From Candidatus Saccharimonadota bacterium (lineage in GTDB: Bacteria > Pseudomonadota > Alphaproteobacteria > Rickettsiales > Anaplasmataceae): 32,000 nt of DNA. The notes below the pieces were generated by a model. The model ran no database searches. It saw only the letters and a list, made by a program, of their open reading frames with translations, and had not been told where the DNA came from. Within the stretch, counting starts at the first letter, position 1; every line of letters begins with the position of its first letter. The position numbers and the translations under genes were made by a program. The stretch lies in contig NZ_CP046579.1 in the NCBI RefSeq assembly GCF_013365475.1, positions 660,001 through 692,000 on the forward strand, in the 5' to 3' direction. This document shows, in pieces, positions 1-9,581 of this stretch.

Positions 1-345
1 AAACTTAGCAACGTCACCAAAGCAGTTGCTGAAAAAAATCTTTTATAATACATAATTACCTCGTCAAAAAAATTTGAATTACACCTTAGAAATTTAAATA
101 AAAGCTAAAGTTAAGTCAAGTACTAACTTAATAATATAAAATACTTGACATTTAAACTTAATTTTTAATAAAAAGCAAAGACTTCATTCATAAAAATGAA
201 ATTATACTACTTTCTATCTCAAATATTTTTCTGACTTAGTATCTTTAACCCTTTATACCATTTTCTTACTACCCTACTGGTATGTAGATATTTATGAAAT
301 AAAACAGACTAAAAATATTAAAGATTTAGCCACAATATAAAAATT

Positions 346-678
346 CTAAAATGGAAGCTTAAATCCAGGTGGTATACCAATCATGCCTGCAAGACTAGAG
401 GTTGCATTTGTCATATCTGCCTCTGCTTTTTTTATAGCATCATTGAATGCTGCTGTTACTAAATCCTCTACTATATCCTTCTCCTCACTTCTCATAAATT
501 CTAAGTCTATGTTTATCTTCTTAGCTTTATAGCTGCCTATTTTTACAACCTCTACTAATACAGAAACCTTTCCACCACCAGAAATACCTTGAAACTCCTT
601 TCCAACATATTTTTCCTGAGCTTCTACAAGCCTTTTCTGCATTTCCTGTGCTTGCTTCATTATTTGATTAAAATCCAC
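346..678 (-). CDS. ybaB: YbaB/EbfC family nucleoid-associated DNA-binding protein
   Basis: 110-aa ORF with an MKQAQEMQKRL N-terminus and a GxSGGGKV core typical of YbaB. GTG start (+ strand CAC at 676-678) lies 6 nt after an AAGGAG formed by the last codons of dnaX. It sits in the conserved dnaX-ybaB linkage. Confidence 0.9.
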   Translation of the reverse strand: MDFNQIMKQAQEMQKRLVEAQEKYVGKEFQGISGGGKVSVLVEVVKIGSYKAKKINIDLEFMRSEEKDIVEDLVTAAFNDAIKKAEADMTNATSSLAGMIGIPPGFKLPF

Positions 679-681
679 AAT

Positions 682-2166
682 CTACTCCTTACTTTCTATA
701 TTAACTACCCTTGCACCCTTAAATGTATCAAGTATATCCTTAATTGCAGGTGCATAATTTAAGTCATTAACCTCTTTATTTGCGTAACACATATCGATTG
801 TTACTAACCATTGTTGTTTAGTCACCTGATTCAAGCAATTTTTTAAGTCATTACAAAAGCTACTGCTTAACTGAGATACAGCCTTCAACTTTAAATAGCC
901 AGGTTTGCAATCTATTAATTTTAGATTACTACATAGCTGTTTGTAAAGATAAATTTGATTATTCTGCAGTAATAGTTGTAGAATTTTATCGAAATCATAA
1001 TTTTTTTGCTGTGTATTCTCCATATTACACGCGTCACTATGCTGTTTATTCTGTGCAAGAACCTTTTTAATCACTTCTTCAGGAGAAGGCAAATCAGAAA
1101 GATAACATAGACTAATTAATATCATTTCTGCAGCAACATCATTACATGTTGAGGCTTTTATATCCTGAATTCCCTTAAGTAACACTCTCCATAATCTTGA
1201 AAAGAATATCAAAGATTTTTTTGTACTTAATTCTTTTATCTTCTCTTTTCCGTATTCTAGTATGGAATTATTAACCTCTTTTGTAATTAAAAAACGGCAT
1301 ATTAACTGAATCATTTGTAATAGATTTTCAAGGATGCTGAGTGAACTTACCGTTTTTGCTGCTTCATCAAATACAGACAAAGCTTTCCGTAAATTACCAT
1401 CTAATATGGTTTCCATCAAACTAAACACAATATTCTCCTCTACTAGACCAAGTATTTCTGTCACATCTTCAATAGATATAGAGCAATCTCTGCTATATAA
1501 CATTGCTTGATTCATTAAAAATAAAGCGTTACGCATCGAATTGCTGCAATGGTATGCAATTAATTCTGATGCTCTACTTTCAATAAAGTAATTTTCTTTT
1601 CGTGCAATGTCATTCAAACGATTCATTATTTTAGTAGCAGGTATTTTACGGAAATCGAACCTTTGACAACGAGCAATAATAGTTATTGGTATTTTTTTTA
1701 TTTCCGTTGTTGCTAGAATAAATTTCACACTAGATGGTGGCTCTTCTAAGATTTTAAGTAACGCGTTAAATGCACTACTTGATAACATGTGTACTTCGTC
1801 TATGATGTAGACTTTGAATTTGGAACTTACAGGTAAGTAACAAGTATCTCCCAATATCACTTTGATATCTTCAATACTCGTGTGACTTGCTGCATCAATT
1901 TCAATCACATCTGGGTGATTTGAATTTTTTATTGCTAAACAATTTTTACATAATCCACAAGGTTCAAAAGTGGGTCCTAAAGAACAATTTAGGCATAAGG
2001 ATATTATTCTTGCTGTTGTAGTCTTGCCAACCCCACTACTGCCAGAGAGCAGTATAGACTGTGGAATTTTGTTAAGAGCAAAAGCGTTTTCCAGTACACG
2101 CACTAATATGTCTTGACCTACCAAATCTTTGAAGCTGCCAGGGCGATATTTTAATGCTATATTCAT
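682..2166 (-). CDS. dnaX: DNA polymerase III subunit gamma/tau
   Basis: 494-aa ORF with Walker A GSSGVGKTT, a Cys-rich zinc module (CGLCKNC), a DEVHML Walker B and the clamp-loader ARCQRF sensor motif. Confidence 0.95.
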   Translation of the reverse strand: MNIALKYRPGSFKDLVGQDILVRVLENAFALNKIPQSILLSGSSGVGKTTTARIISLCLNCSLGPTFEPCGLCKNCLAIKNSNHPDVIEIDAASHTSIEDIKVILGDTCYLPVSSKFKVYIIDEVHMLSSSAFNALLKILEEPPSSVKFILATTEIKKIPITIIARCQRFDFRKIPATKIMNRLNDIARKENYFIESRASELIAYHCSNSMRNALFLMNQAMLYSRDCSISIEDVTEILGLVEENIVFSLMETILDGNLRKALSVFDEAAKTVSSLSILENLLQMIQLICRFLITKEVNNSILEYGKEKIKELSTKKSLIFFSRLWRVLLKGIQDIKASTCNDVAAEMILISLCYLSDLPSPEEVIKKVLAQNKQHSDACNMENTQQKNYDFDKILQLLLQNNQIYLYKQLCSNLKLIDCKPGYLKLKAVSQLSSSFCNDLKNCLNQVTKQQWLVTIDMCYANKEVNDLNYAPAIKDILDTFKGARVVNIESKE

Positions 2167-2189
2167 AGCTTTTAATTCAACCGAGAATA

Positions 2190-2280
2190 ATAAATGGTAT
2201 GCAACCCAAAAAGATTCTGATATGGCTGCTTCATTCCTGACCTGACCAAATTACAGAGTTTTTGCCTGCATACCTCATAA
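2190..2280 (-). ncRNA. ffs: Signal recognition particle RNA (small 4.5S type)
   Basis: The minus strand reads GGUCAGGUCAGGAAUGAAGCAGCC. This matches the conserved domain IV of 4.5S RNA (E. coli GGUCAGGUCCGGAAGGAAGCAGCC), including the GGAA tetraloop. The hairpin is closed by GGUAUGCA (2267-2274) pairing with UGCAUACC (2196-2203), with inner CAAAAA/UUUUUG pairing. It lies directly upstream of dnaX, as in many bacteria. The ends are approximate. Confidence 0.8.
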
Positions 2281-2921
2281 GAGGTTATACTTTTTTTTCT
2301 ACTTGGCAAGGTATACTCTGTATTGGTTCTATAATTTTATATAATATATTGCTCAGCACCACTTTTTTGTAGTAAATAAAAGTTAGTTGTTACAAAAGTA
2401 GCTACAAAGTTATTTTTCAACGTTCACCTATGTTATATAATACTGATACTTCACTCGAATAATAAAAATAAGGAGAAGAAGTGGTAAGAAAGTAATCTGT
2501 GATTCTGTATAACTTTCTTTTTTTATCCATTTCTACGAAGGTTGGATTTTTCTCAGAGAAATAAAGTTAAACCTTGATTCAGTATACGAAAACCTATAGA
2601 AAAAGCGTAGAATTCATGAAGATTAACCAATCTTGCTAGAAGCTAGTGTTTATAGGTAATAATTTTATTATAAGACACAATGCCATTTGTGGTTCTTAGA
2701 AGAAACAATAGCATTACTAAATTAATAGACTCTTCTTACCGCTATCGATTCTAAAATAAGAGTCCTAATTAGCTAATTTTATAACGAAATTTAAATGTAT
2801 CATATATAAATACTGAAAAAGTACTCTACTGTTAAATCTAGACCTATGTTTCATAATCTGTTCTAGAGAAAACGCCTAGCACAACTCTCTACTAAGGCAC
2901 TAGGAAGATCTTGATTTTAAT

Positions 2922-3578
2922 TTACGTTAGTTTTAAAGCTAGAGTCATCCCTTCATCGGTCGGAATTAATACAGAGTAATACCTTTTTTCATCTGATAGT
3001 CTATAATTAAATTCTCTCATAGCAGACCATGATTTTTCTGATACCTTTTTTGGTGGCAATTTTAGAAACACTGTGTTAAACAATAAAGTATTATCAGCAA
3101 CAATTAGTCCATCTTTTTTAAGATGTAGCTCCGCCCAATCTAAGTATTTAGGATAGCCACTCTTGTCAGCGTCAATAAACACCATATCAAATGGTGCTCG
3201 TGTCGACAATTCGTTCAACTTTTCAGATGCACTACCTTCCATTAAAGTAATTTTACTGTTCAAATCGAAAACACTAAAATTTTTCCTTGCTATGCTCGAG
3301 TGCTCTGGATTACTCTCTATCGAGTATATATGGCCATATTCAGGTAGAGCTTTTGCCATACAAATTGATGAATAACCATATAATGTACCAATTTCAACAA
3401 CGCTTCTTACCCTATGGATTTTTATAAATAAGCTAAGTAACTTTCCCTCTTCAGCACTAATCTGAATGTGTTTCTTACTCCCCAAAATACAATATTCTTC
3501 TATTTTTTTGTATTCCTTCGCAAATAAGTCTCTTATATATGAGGATTTTTCACTAGAGTTATTCGTACCATATCGCAT
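2922..3578 (-). CDS. Class I SAM-dependent O-methyltransferase (caffeoyl-CoA OMT-like family 3)
   Basis: 218-aa ORF with the SAM-binding segment VVEIGTLYGYS, the FDMVFIDADK metal/SAM motif and GLIVADNTL, typical of cation-dependent O-methyltransferases. Confidence 0.85.
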   Translation of the reverse strand: MRYGTNNSSEKSSYIRDLFAKEYKKIEEYCILGSKKHIQISAEEGKLLSLFIKIHRVRSVVEIGTLYGYSSICMAKALPEYGHIYSIESNPEHSSIARKNFSVFDLNSKITLMEGSASEKLNELSTRAPFDMVFIDADKSGYPKYLDWAELHLKKDGLIVADNTLLFNTVFLKLPPKKVSEKSWSAMREFNYRLSDEKRYYSVLIPTDEGMTLALKLT

Positions 3579-3807
3579 ATCAAAGTTTGATTTAAGTAGA
3601 ATATACGTATTAGTTTAAGATAGCAAATACATTTACTTTAATCTACTATTTAATAGTGTAAAATTTTAAGTGACAAAAATTATTATATATAATATTATGA
3701 TTAACTAGTATAACAGTCTGTTGACTGTTGCACTAAAAATTAAAGGGGCTGCTTGTGCGCATTCCTTTTTATTAAAATATTTTTTGTAATCAGTTAAAGG
3801 GAGTTAT

Positions 3808-4086
3808 ATGTCTTGTAATATTGCTGGTGAAGTTGAACAGTCAAATAAAAAATCTAACAAAGATGAAGGGGTTGCATTATTGCATAATCCAGCCTATCGT
3901 GAGAAATATAGGGAACGTTTTGATGAGGCGCAGAAGAAAGTCATGGATATGGTTCAGTTTTATGATGGGACAATAATGTTAATAGAAAATAAAATTGCTA
4001 TGTATTACTATGCCTGGCACAGTAAAAAAAGAGAGTTTGAGCGCAAAAAACAGCAAGCAGTAATAAAAAATGAAGGTCAAGTATAG
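3808..4086 (+). CDS. Hypothetical protein (92 aa, charged, no recognisable domain)
   Basis: ORF is preceded by AAAGGGAG 6 nt before the ATG. It is followed by a hairpin plus T-run. I recognise no family motif. Confidence 0.5.
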   Translation: MSCNIAGEVEQSNKKSNKDEGVALLHNPAYREKYRERFDEAQKKVMDMVQFYDGTIMLIENKIAMYYYAWHSKKREFERKKQQAVIKNEGQV

Positions 4087-4102
4087 TCGATCTTTTGTGT
4101 GT

Positions 4103-4135
4103 AAGCTACAGTGGTAATACTGCTATAGCTTTTTC
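4103..4135. terminator. Candidate terminator hairpin between the convergent 92-aa ORF and dsbA
   Basis: AAGCTACAG (4103-4111) pairs with CTATAGCTT (4123-4131) with one mismatch and an 11-nt loop, followed by TTTT. The right arm overlaps the dsbA stop codon. Confidence 0.3.
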
Positions 4136-4815
4136 ACATAGTCATCTATTATATTAGCTAAGTATTCTAGTGTCTTATACCCTTCATGCTTAATTTCATT
4201 ATGTCCTATGTATGACGCATCACTGTTAGGCTTGATAAAAAATATTGGAGTGCCTGTAATACCAAGCTTATTGATTGCTAGTGATTTATAGCCTATAACT
4301 TTATCCATTATTTTTTTATCACTAATGCAGTAATTAAATGCACTTTGCTTTAAATTACTTAGTGCAGCAACTTTTTGCAATACAGTTAAGTCATTAAAAT
4401 TAGAGTAATTCCATGAATCTATCGAATTAAAAACAGATTTATTAAAGTTAAAAAAATCCTCTGCCTTTTCGTAACAATTGCTTAGCATTGCAGCTTTTAA
4501 TCCCCTATAATCCATAGGGAAATGACGGAATATGTACAATATTTTCCCTGTATCTATGTATTTTTCTTTAACTTTTGGAAAGACCTCCTTGTGAAAAAGG
4601 TAACAGTGATAGCAAGTAAGTGAGGCATACTCAATCATTAGAATTGGTGCTTTTGGATCCCCTAATGATTTATCATCAGGTAACGGTGATAGCAGATCTT
4701 TTTGTGTTATTTCATTAGTCTCTTGAGTAGATTGGTTATCAGGCGATTCTTGTATAACAGTTGCATAAGAATCAATACTTATGAAAAGTAATGTAAATAG
4801 CAGTCTAAAGATCAT
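4123..4815 (-). CDS. dsbA: DsbA-family periplasmic thiol:disulfide oxidoreductase
   Basis: 230-aa ORF with a hydrophobic N-terminal signal-like segment (MIFRLLFTLLFISIDSYA). It has a thioredoxin-fold CYHC active site in the context YASLTCYHCYLFH, plus a GTPIFFI cis-Pro loop region. Confidence 0.85.
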   Translation of the reverse strand: MIFRLLFTLLFISIDSYATVIQESPDNQSTQETNEITQKDLLSPLPDDKSLGDPKAPILMIEYASLTCYHCYLFHKEVFPKVKEKYIDTGKILYIFRHFPMDYRGLKAAMLSNCYEKAEDFFNFNKSVFNSIDSWNYSNFNDLTVLQKVAALSNLKQSAFNYCISDKKIMDKVIGYKSLAINKLGITGTPIFFIKPNSDASYIGHNEIKHEGYKTLEYLANIIDDYVKKL

Positions 4816-4865
4816 TGCAATATGAATACTAACTGACTAAAAGCTATACACTTATATAAGTAATG

Positions 4866-5330
4866 TCAAGATAACTTTGAGTCAGAAAAGTTTTCAATTC
4901 TATCTTTAAATGCACCAATTATTTCTCTTTGTGCATATTTACAAACTGAATCTAATAAGCTAGAAAGTAATCTAGATTTGAACTCAAATTCTATATAAAA
5001 CTTTACCACAGTCTTATTTTTATCTATAAAAATAAATCTCCATTCATTGTATAAGCATTTAAATACCCCACTTAAAGATATAGCTTTTATCCAACTTTCA
5101 TTTCCTTTTCCTGGAGAAAGGAATGTTACCTCTGACGTATAACTGCCTTTAATACCATAAAAAGCTGCTAGCAAATCTACAACCATCTTACCATGATTTT
5201 TTTTTATATAAGCAGCTTTGCACCAAGGAATAAAATCAGGATACTTTTCAATATCAATTACAACTTGAAACACATTGCTAAGTGAACAAAGAAAGATGGT
5301 TTCCTCTTTATATCTATAAAGCATAAACAT
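4866..5330 (-). CDS. SRPBCC-fold protein, COQ10/RatA (polyketide cyclase/dehydrase-like) family
   Basis: 154-aa ORF with VVIDIEKYPDFIPWC near the N-terminus, characteristic of the COQ10/RatA START-like family. Confidence 0.7.
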   Translation of the reverse strand: MFMLYRYKEETIFLCSLSNVFQVVIDIEKYPDFIPWCKAAYIKKNHGKMVVDLLAAFYGIKGSYTSEVTFLSPGKGNESWIKAISLSGVFKCLYNEWRFIFIDKNKTVVKFYIEFEFKSRLLSSLLDSVCKYAQREIIGAFKDRIENFSDSKLS

Positions 5331-6096
5331 AATTAACTAAGCAGAATCCGTACCTACCGTCAGTCTTAGTAAATTCCTGAGACCTAAAGTTAAGGTGGGT
5401 ATCACATATTAACTTTAAAAAAATTAATAGAGGCAATTCCCTTGACTAGAAATTATCGCTCGGGAAACTTAACTCAACTTCACAACGAGTAGAACAGATT
5501 CCTGTAAAGGATAGCTAGTTTTTATATGTCAGTCTACAGCTATATTACAGTTAATAACAAAACTAACAATTATACAACCTTATTAAACTTTACGTTTTAA
5601 GTGTTACATCACAAAACACATTTTATGTATATTACCATCATTATGGTCTCTTTAAATATCTCATATTAATTGTATAGATCATAAAATTTTGTATATATAA
5701 AGTATTAAGTAGATGGTCTGTTTATAGAAAAATAAAAATCAGAATTCGTACAAAATTATAATAGATTACTCAAAATAACACTAACTTCAAGAAAATACTG
5801 AGCTTTTCCATTATGGAATTAAAGAGAAAATTTATTAATGGAACATAAGGTATACCTAGTGCCTACGTGCCAAAATTTTGTACAAGCATATCAATGATAG
5901 TGAGATGGCTATAACTAGATTAGGATAGTTGACGACAAAACTTATTTGATCAATATAAGATTTCCTCATAACGAAGAGTTTATAAAGATTAACCCTTAAG
6001 TTAGTAAATATGATAATTTATTCTTAATAAACAATGTTGCAGTAAAACAATATTATTAACCAATATTTTCAATTCAGTAGAGAAAATTCATGCATA

Positions 6097-6105
6097 TGGT
6101 ATAAT
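6097..6105 (+). promoter_or_regulatory. Candidate extended -10 element (TGGTATAAT) for folC
   Basis: TGnTATAAT match lies about 35 nt upstream of the folC ATG. The -35 is poor. Chance TATAAT matches are frequent in AT-rich sequence. Confidence 0.3.
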
Positions 6106-6139
6106 ATCTATCATAAGTAATTAAAGTGTAAAACAACCT

Positions 6140-7441
6140 ATGATATATATGCCTCATTGGCCTAAGACGCTTGGCAATAAGCTAAGCGATTTCTCTCTTA
6201 ATCGCATAAAAAATTTTCTAAATAAGCTAGGAAACCCAGAAAAAAAAATGCCACCAACTATTCACATAGCTGGCACTAACGGGAAAGGCTCAACATTATC
6301 ATTTATAAGGTATATTCTGCAAGCAGCAGGATATAAGGTGCATGCATATACTTCTCCTCATTTAGTAAACTTTAATGAAAGAATAGTTGTTACAGGTAAT
6401 TATATAGAAGATAATGAATTATACAACTCATTAGAAGAGTGCCGCAATGCAATTGCAGATCAACATATCACTTTATTTGAAGCTGCAACTGTTGCAGCTT
6501 TTTTGATTTTTTCTCGCCACAAAGCAGATATCACTCTAATTGAAGTAGGCATGGGTGGGAGGCTAGATGCAACAAATGTTATAGATAATCCAATTTTAAC
6601 TATCATTACTTCTATTGGACTCGATCATACCGAATACCTTGGCTCTACTTTGGAAACCATAGCAGGTGAAAAGGCCGGGATCATGAAGTATGATGTTCCT
6701 TGTGTAATAGCCCCACAAGGAAGATCTATAATGAATACGCTAGAACGCTATGCAATAAATAATAGATCTCCTTTATTTAGAGGTGGTATTGAGTGGAGCT
6801 GTAAAAAATATAATAGCGAAATGATTTTTCAATCGAATGCTCAATCAATAAAATTCCCCTTGCCATCTTTAAAAGGTAACCATCAAGTAATTAATGCAGG
6901 AAATGCTATCGCAGCATGCAGCATTTTGAATCGAAAGTACGGATTTGATGTTCGCAAAGAAAGCATCACTTCAGGGCTACAACGCACCTATTGGCCTGGA
7001 AGGTTAGAGCTTATAAAAGATGGAAACTTAATTTCTCTACTACCAAAAGATTGGAAATTATTTTTAGATGGTGCACACAATAATGATGGTGCAAGAGTAT
7101 TATCTGAATGGGTAAAAGATAATTTCTATGAAGGTATATATACAATTTTCGGCATTACAGGCAACAGAAATGTAGAAAAATTTTTAGGGTATTTGAAACC
7201 ATATATTAAGTTATTATGTGTTGTTTGTGTTAAATCTGAACCAAAAGCAATAAATACAAACTTAATTAGAAGAAGAGCCAATAATATTGGAATGAATGCT
7301 ATTGAGTGTGAGTCAATTAGTGATGCAATATTAAACCAAATACTAAGAGCTCCTATTCAAAACATCAAAACCATATTAATTTGTGGTTCATTATTTCTGG
7401 CCAGAGATTTTACCATGGAAAACACTCACAATTTTTTGTAA
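6140..7441 (+). CDS. folC: Bifunctional folylpolyglutamate synthase / dihydrofolate synthase
   Basis: 433-aa ORF with the Mur-ligase P-loop HIAGTNGKGST, and EVGMGGRLDATN and LDGAHN motifs. The start could instead be the ATG at 6149. Confidence 0.9.
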   Translation: MIYMPHWPKTLGNKLSDFSLNRIKNFLNKLGNPEKKMPPTIHIAGTNGKGSTLSFIRYILQAAGYKVHAYTSPHLVNFNERIVVTGNYIEDNELYNSLEECRNAIADQHITLFEAATVAAFLIFSRHKADITLIEVGMGGRLDATNVIDNPILTIITSIGLDHTEYLGSTLETIAGEKAGIMKYDVPCVIAPQGRSIMNTLERYAINNRSPLFRGGIEWSCKKYNSEMIFQSNAQSIKFPLPSLKGNHQVINAGNAIAACSILNRKYGFDVRKESITSGLQRTYWPGRLELIKDGNLISLLPKDWKLFLDGAHNNDGARVLSEWVKDNFYEGIYTIFGITGNRNVEKFLGYLKPYIKLLCVVCVKSEPKAINTNLIRRRANNIGMNAIECESISDAILNQILRAPIQNIKTILICGSLFLARDFTMENTHNFL

Positions 7442-8417
7442 GCAGTAAATTTCTAATTTAGAAAACAATTCCCATCCCTTGAATAGGAGACTTTAATTTC
7501 TCTGAAAAAGAGTTGACTCGCACACCTAAATAAGCAAATCAAAATTTCGTAGATAAAATATCAAAGATACAAAAATCACTCTATATCAGGTAATCCAACT
7601 TTTGCAATTCTAACTTAATCTTATCACCTTTCAAAAAATCTTTGCATTTCCAGTCGGAACTAAACAAAAATGCAATATAAAGGTAATTAACCAAGTTAAG
7701 CTCTCTTGTTTCTGATATATATGCTTAATAGTTGAATTAAAAATGAAGCTTATTAATGAATAAGCAAAGAAAGACCACTACTGTTAGTAGTTTATAAGTA
7801 ATGAAATAAGATAATGAAACCTAAAACATTCGCTAAAATACAGAAATAATTAAAATGCTCACAAACGATCATGTGTTGTTAACAACTAATATTGACCGAA
7901 GAACTTGCTTTTTCATTTCGTTATCTAGAAGATTCTATCTTCATAACCATGACTTCATAATTTATCACGCAATTCTTTCATAGGACTATTCTTCAATTGT
8001 TCCATCACAAACCATTAAAATGATTTATTTGATAAAATAGCCTTAAATTTCTACTCTTCTTCATTCTAATATTGTTTAGATTTTTATGTGATATTTCAAT
8101 GGCAACTTACAATTATGTATTGAGTTCTAACTAATATTTTCAATATTAGGATCCATAGCAACTTTTCATCGATGTAAATCCAATATATTATTCTTCTGAG
8201 GTTAAATTAAAAAATACTTTAAAGCATAACACATGAGCTCTTTTTCAGTAAGAGAAGTCCCCTTCTTAAGATTTATCAATTATATATGCATACTTCTAAA
8301 TTAAGTTAACCATCTCATTAATTATTCCTTATTTCGAGGGATCTTAAAAAGATATTTGTGCTATAAATTTTTCTGCAAGAACTATATTTTTCTCCATGGG
8401 AAAGCTATATTTTAAAT

Positions 8418-9581
8418 ATGAGCAATAATATAATCGTAAAAAAATTTGGTGGTACTTCATTGACCGATTTAAACCGAGTTGCAAGCTTAATAAAAAAAGA
8501 TGTTGAGAAAGGTTGTAACGTAATCGTTGTTGTTTCTGCTATTGCAGGATTCACTGACCAAATGGCTTTTCAGGCTAGACAAATCTCAAACTTAAGCTGT
8601 AGAGGAGAGCTGTCAGAATACGATGTCCTACTTTCAGCAGGGGAGCAGACCTCTTGTGGCCTATTAGCAATCACACTTCAATCTATTGGGGTAAAAGCTA
8701 AATCTTGGCTCGCCTGGCAGTTGCCAATCATAACTGATGACTTTTATTCTGAGTCTAAAATAAAAACAATAAAGATTGATCTTTTGAAAAGATCTTTTGC
8801 AGAAGGCTACACTGTTGCAATTATTGCTGGTTTCCAAGGTATACATGGTAATAGAATTACTACTTTTGGCAGAGGGGGATCTGATATATCAGCAGTTGCC
8901 CTTGCAGTAGCTTTTAATATCAAAATTTGTGAGATTTTTACCGATATTGATGGAATATACATAGCTAATCCTAAAATTGTTCCAAAAGCACATAAACTCA
9001 AGTCTATTTCTTATGATGAAATGCTAGAGATGTCATCATCTGGTGCGAAAATATTACATAATCGTTCAGTACAGCTTGCAATGAAACATGATATTAAAGT
9101 ACAAGTGCTATCTTCTTTTAAAGAAGCAGAAGGAACTGTAGTACTACACGAAAAAGATGTACTAGAAAGGTACATAATTACTGGAATAACCTGTAGCACT
9201 AATGAAGTCCTTGTAACTTTTACTGATCTTGCAAAGACCTTACATATTTTAAAGAATATGGCAAAAGAAAATATTAAAACTAATATGATATACGGATCAG
9301 GGTTTGTGATTCATGAACTTGATATCACCCTAATGAAAAAGCTACTAAGTAAGAATAGGAACTACATTATAAACAGCGATATAGCTAGAATTTCAATAAT
9401 TGGTATTGGTGTCATGTCTAATCCTGAAGTTATATCCCGAACACTTAAGATCCTAGGAGAAAAAAACATAGAAGTATTTGCTATTACAGCATCAGAGATT
9501 AAAATTAGTATAATCACTCAAAAAGAGTGTGCTGAGACTTTAGTTAGAGATTTATATACCGAGTTGATGTATGAGCAATAA
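8418..9581 (+). CDS. lysC: Aspartate kinase
   Basis: 387-aa ORF with the VKKFGGTSL N-terminal kinase motif, GRGGSDISA, and a C-terminal ACT-like region. Confidence 0.9.
   Translation: MSNNIIVKKFGGTSLTDLNRVASLIKKDVEKGCNVIVVVSAIAGFTDQMAFQARQISNLSCRGELSEYDVLLSAGEQTSCGLLAITLQSIGVKAKSWLAWQLPIITDDFYSESKIKTIKIDLLKRSFAEGYTVAIIAGFQGIHGNRITTFGRGGSDISAVALAVAFNIKICEIFTDIDGIYIANPKIVPKAHKLKSISYDEMLEMSSSGAKILHNRSVQLAMKHDIKVQVLSSFKEAEGTVVLHEKDVLERYIITGITCSTNEVLVTFTDLAKTLHILKNMAKENIKTNMIYGSGFVIHELDITLMKKLLSKNRNYIINSDIARISIIGIGVMSNPEVISRTLKILGEKNIEVFAITASEIKISIITQKECAETLVRDLYTELMYEQ

Noticed and set aside
1688-1700. A8 run inside dnaX (codons EIKKIP), considered as a second slippage site.
   Set aside because: It lies within the N-terminal ATPase domain, where a shift would destroy function. 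The position is inconsistent with tau/gamma production.
4866-5330. RatA-like protein as a toxin-antitoxin module.
   Set aside because: No small partner ORF lies adjacent. This family is equally a COQ10-type ubiquinone-binding housekeeping protein, so nothing suggests a TA system.
7875-7886. Perfect 12-bp palindrome GTTGTTAACAAC.
   Set aside because: By my rough estimate, tens of 6-bp-arm palindromes are expected by chance in 32 kb of AT-rich DNA. It has no positional relation to a gene start.
8200-8417. Possible lysine riboswitch upstream of lysC.
   Set aside because: None of the conserved L-box helices or motifs are discernible. Only a 5-bp hairpin is present.
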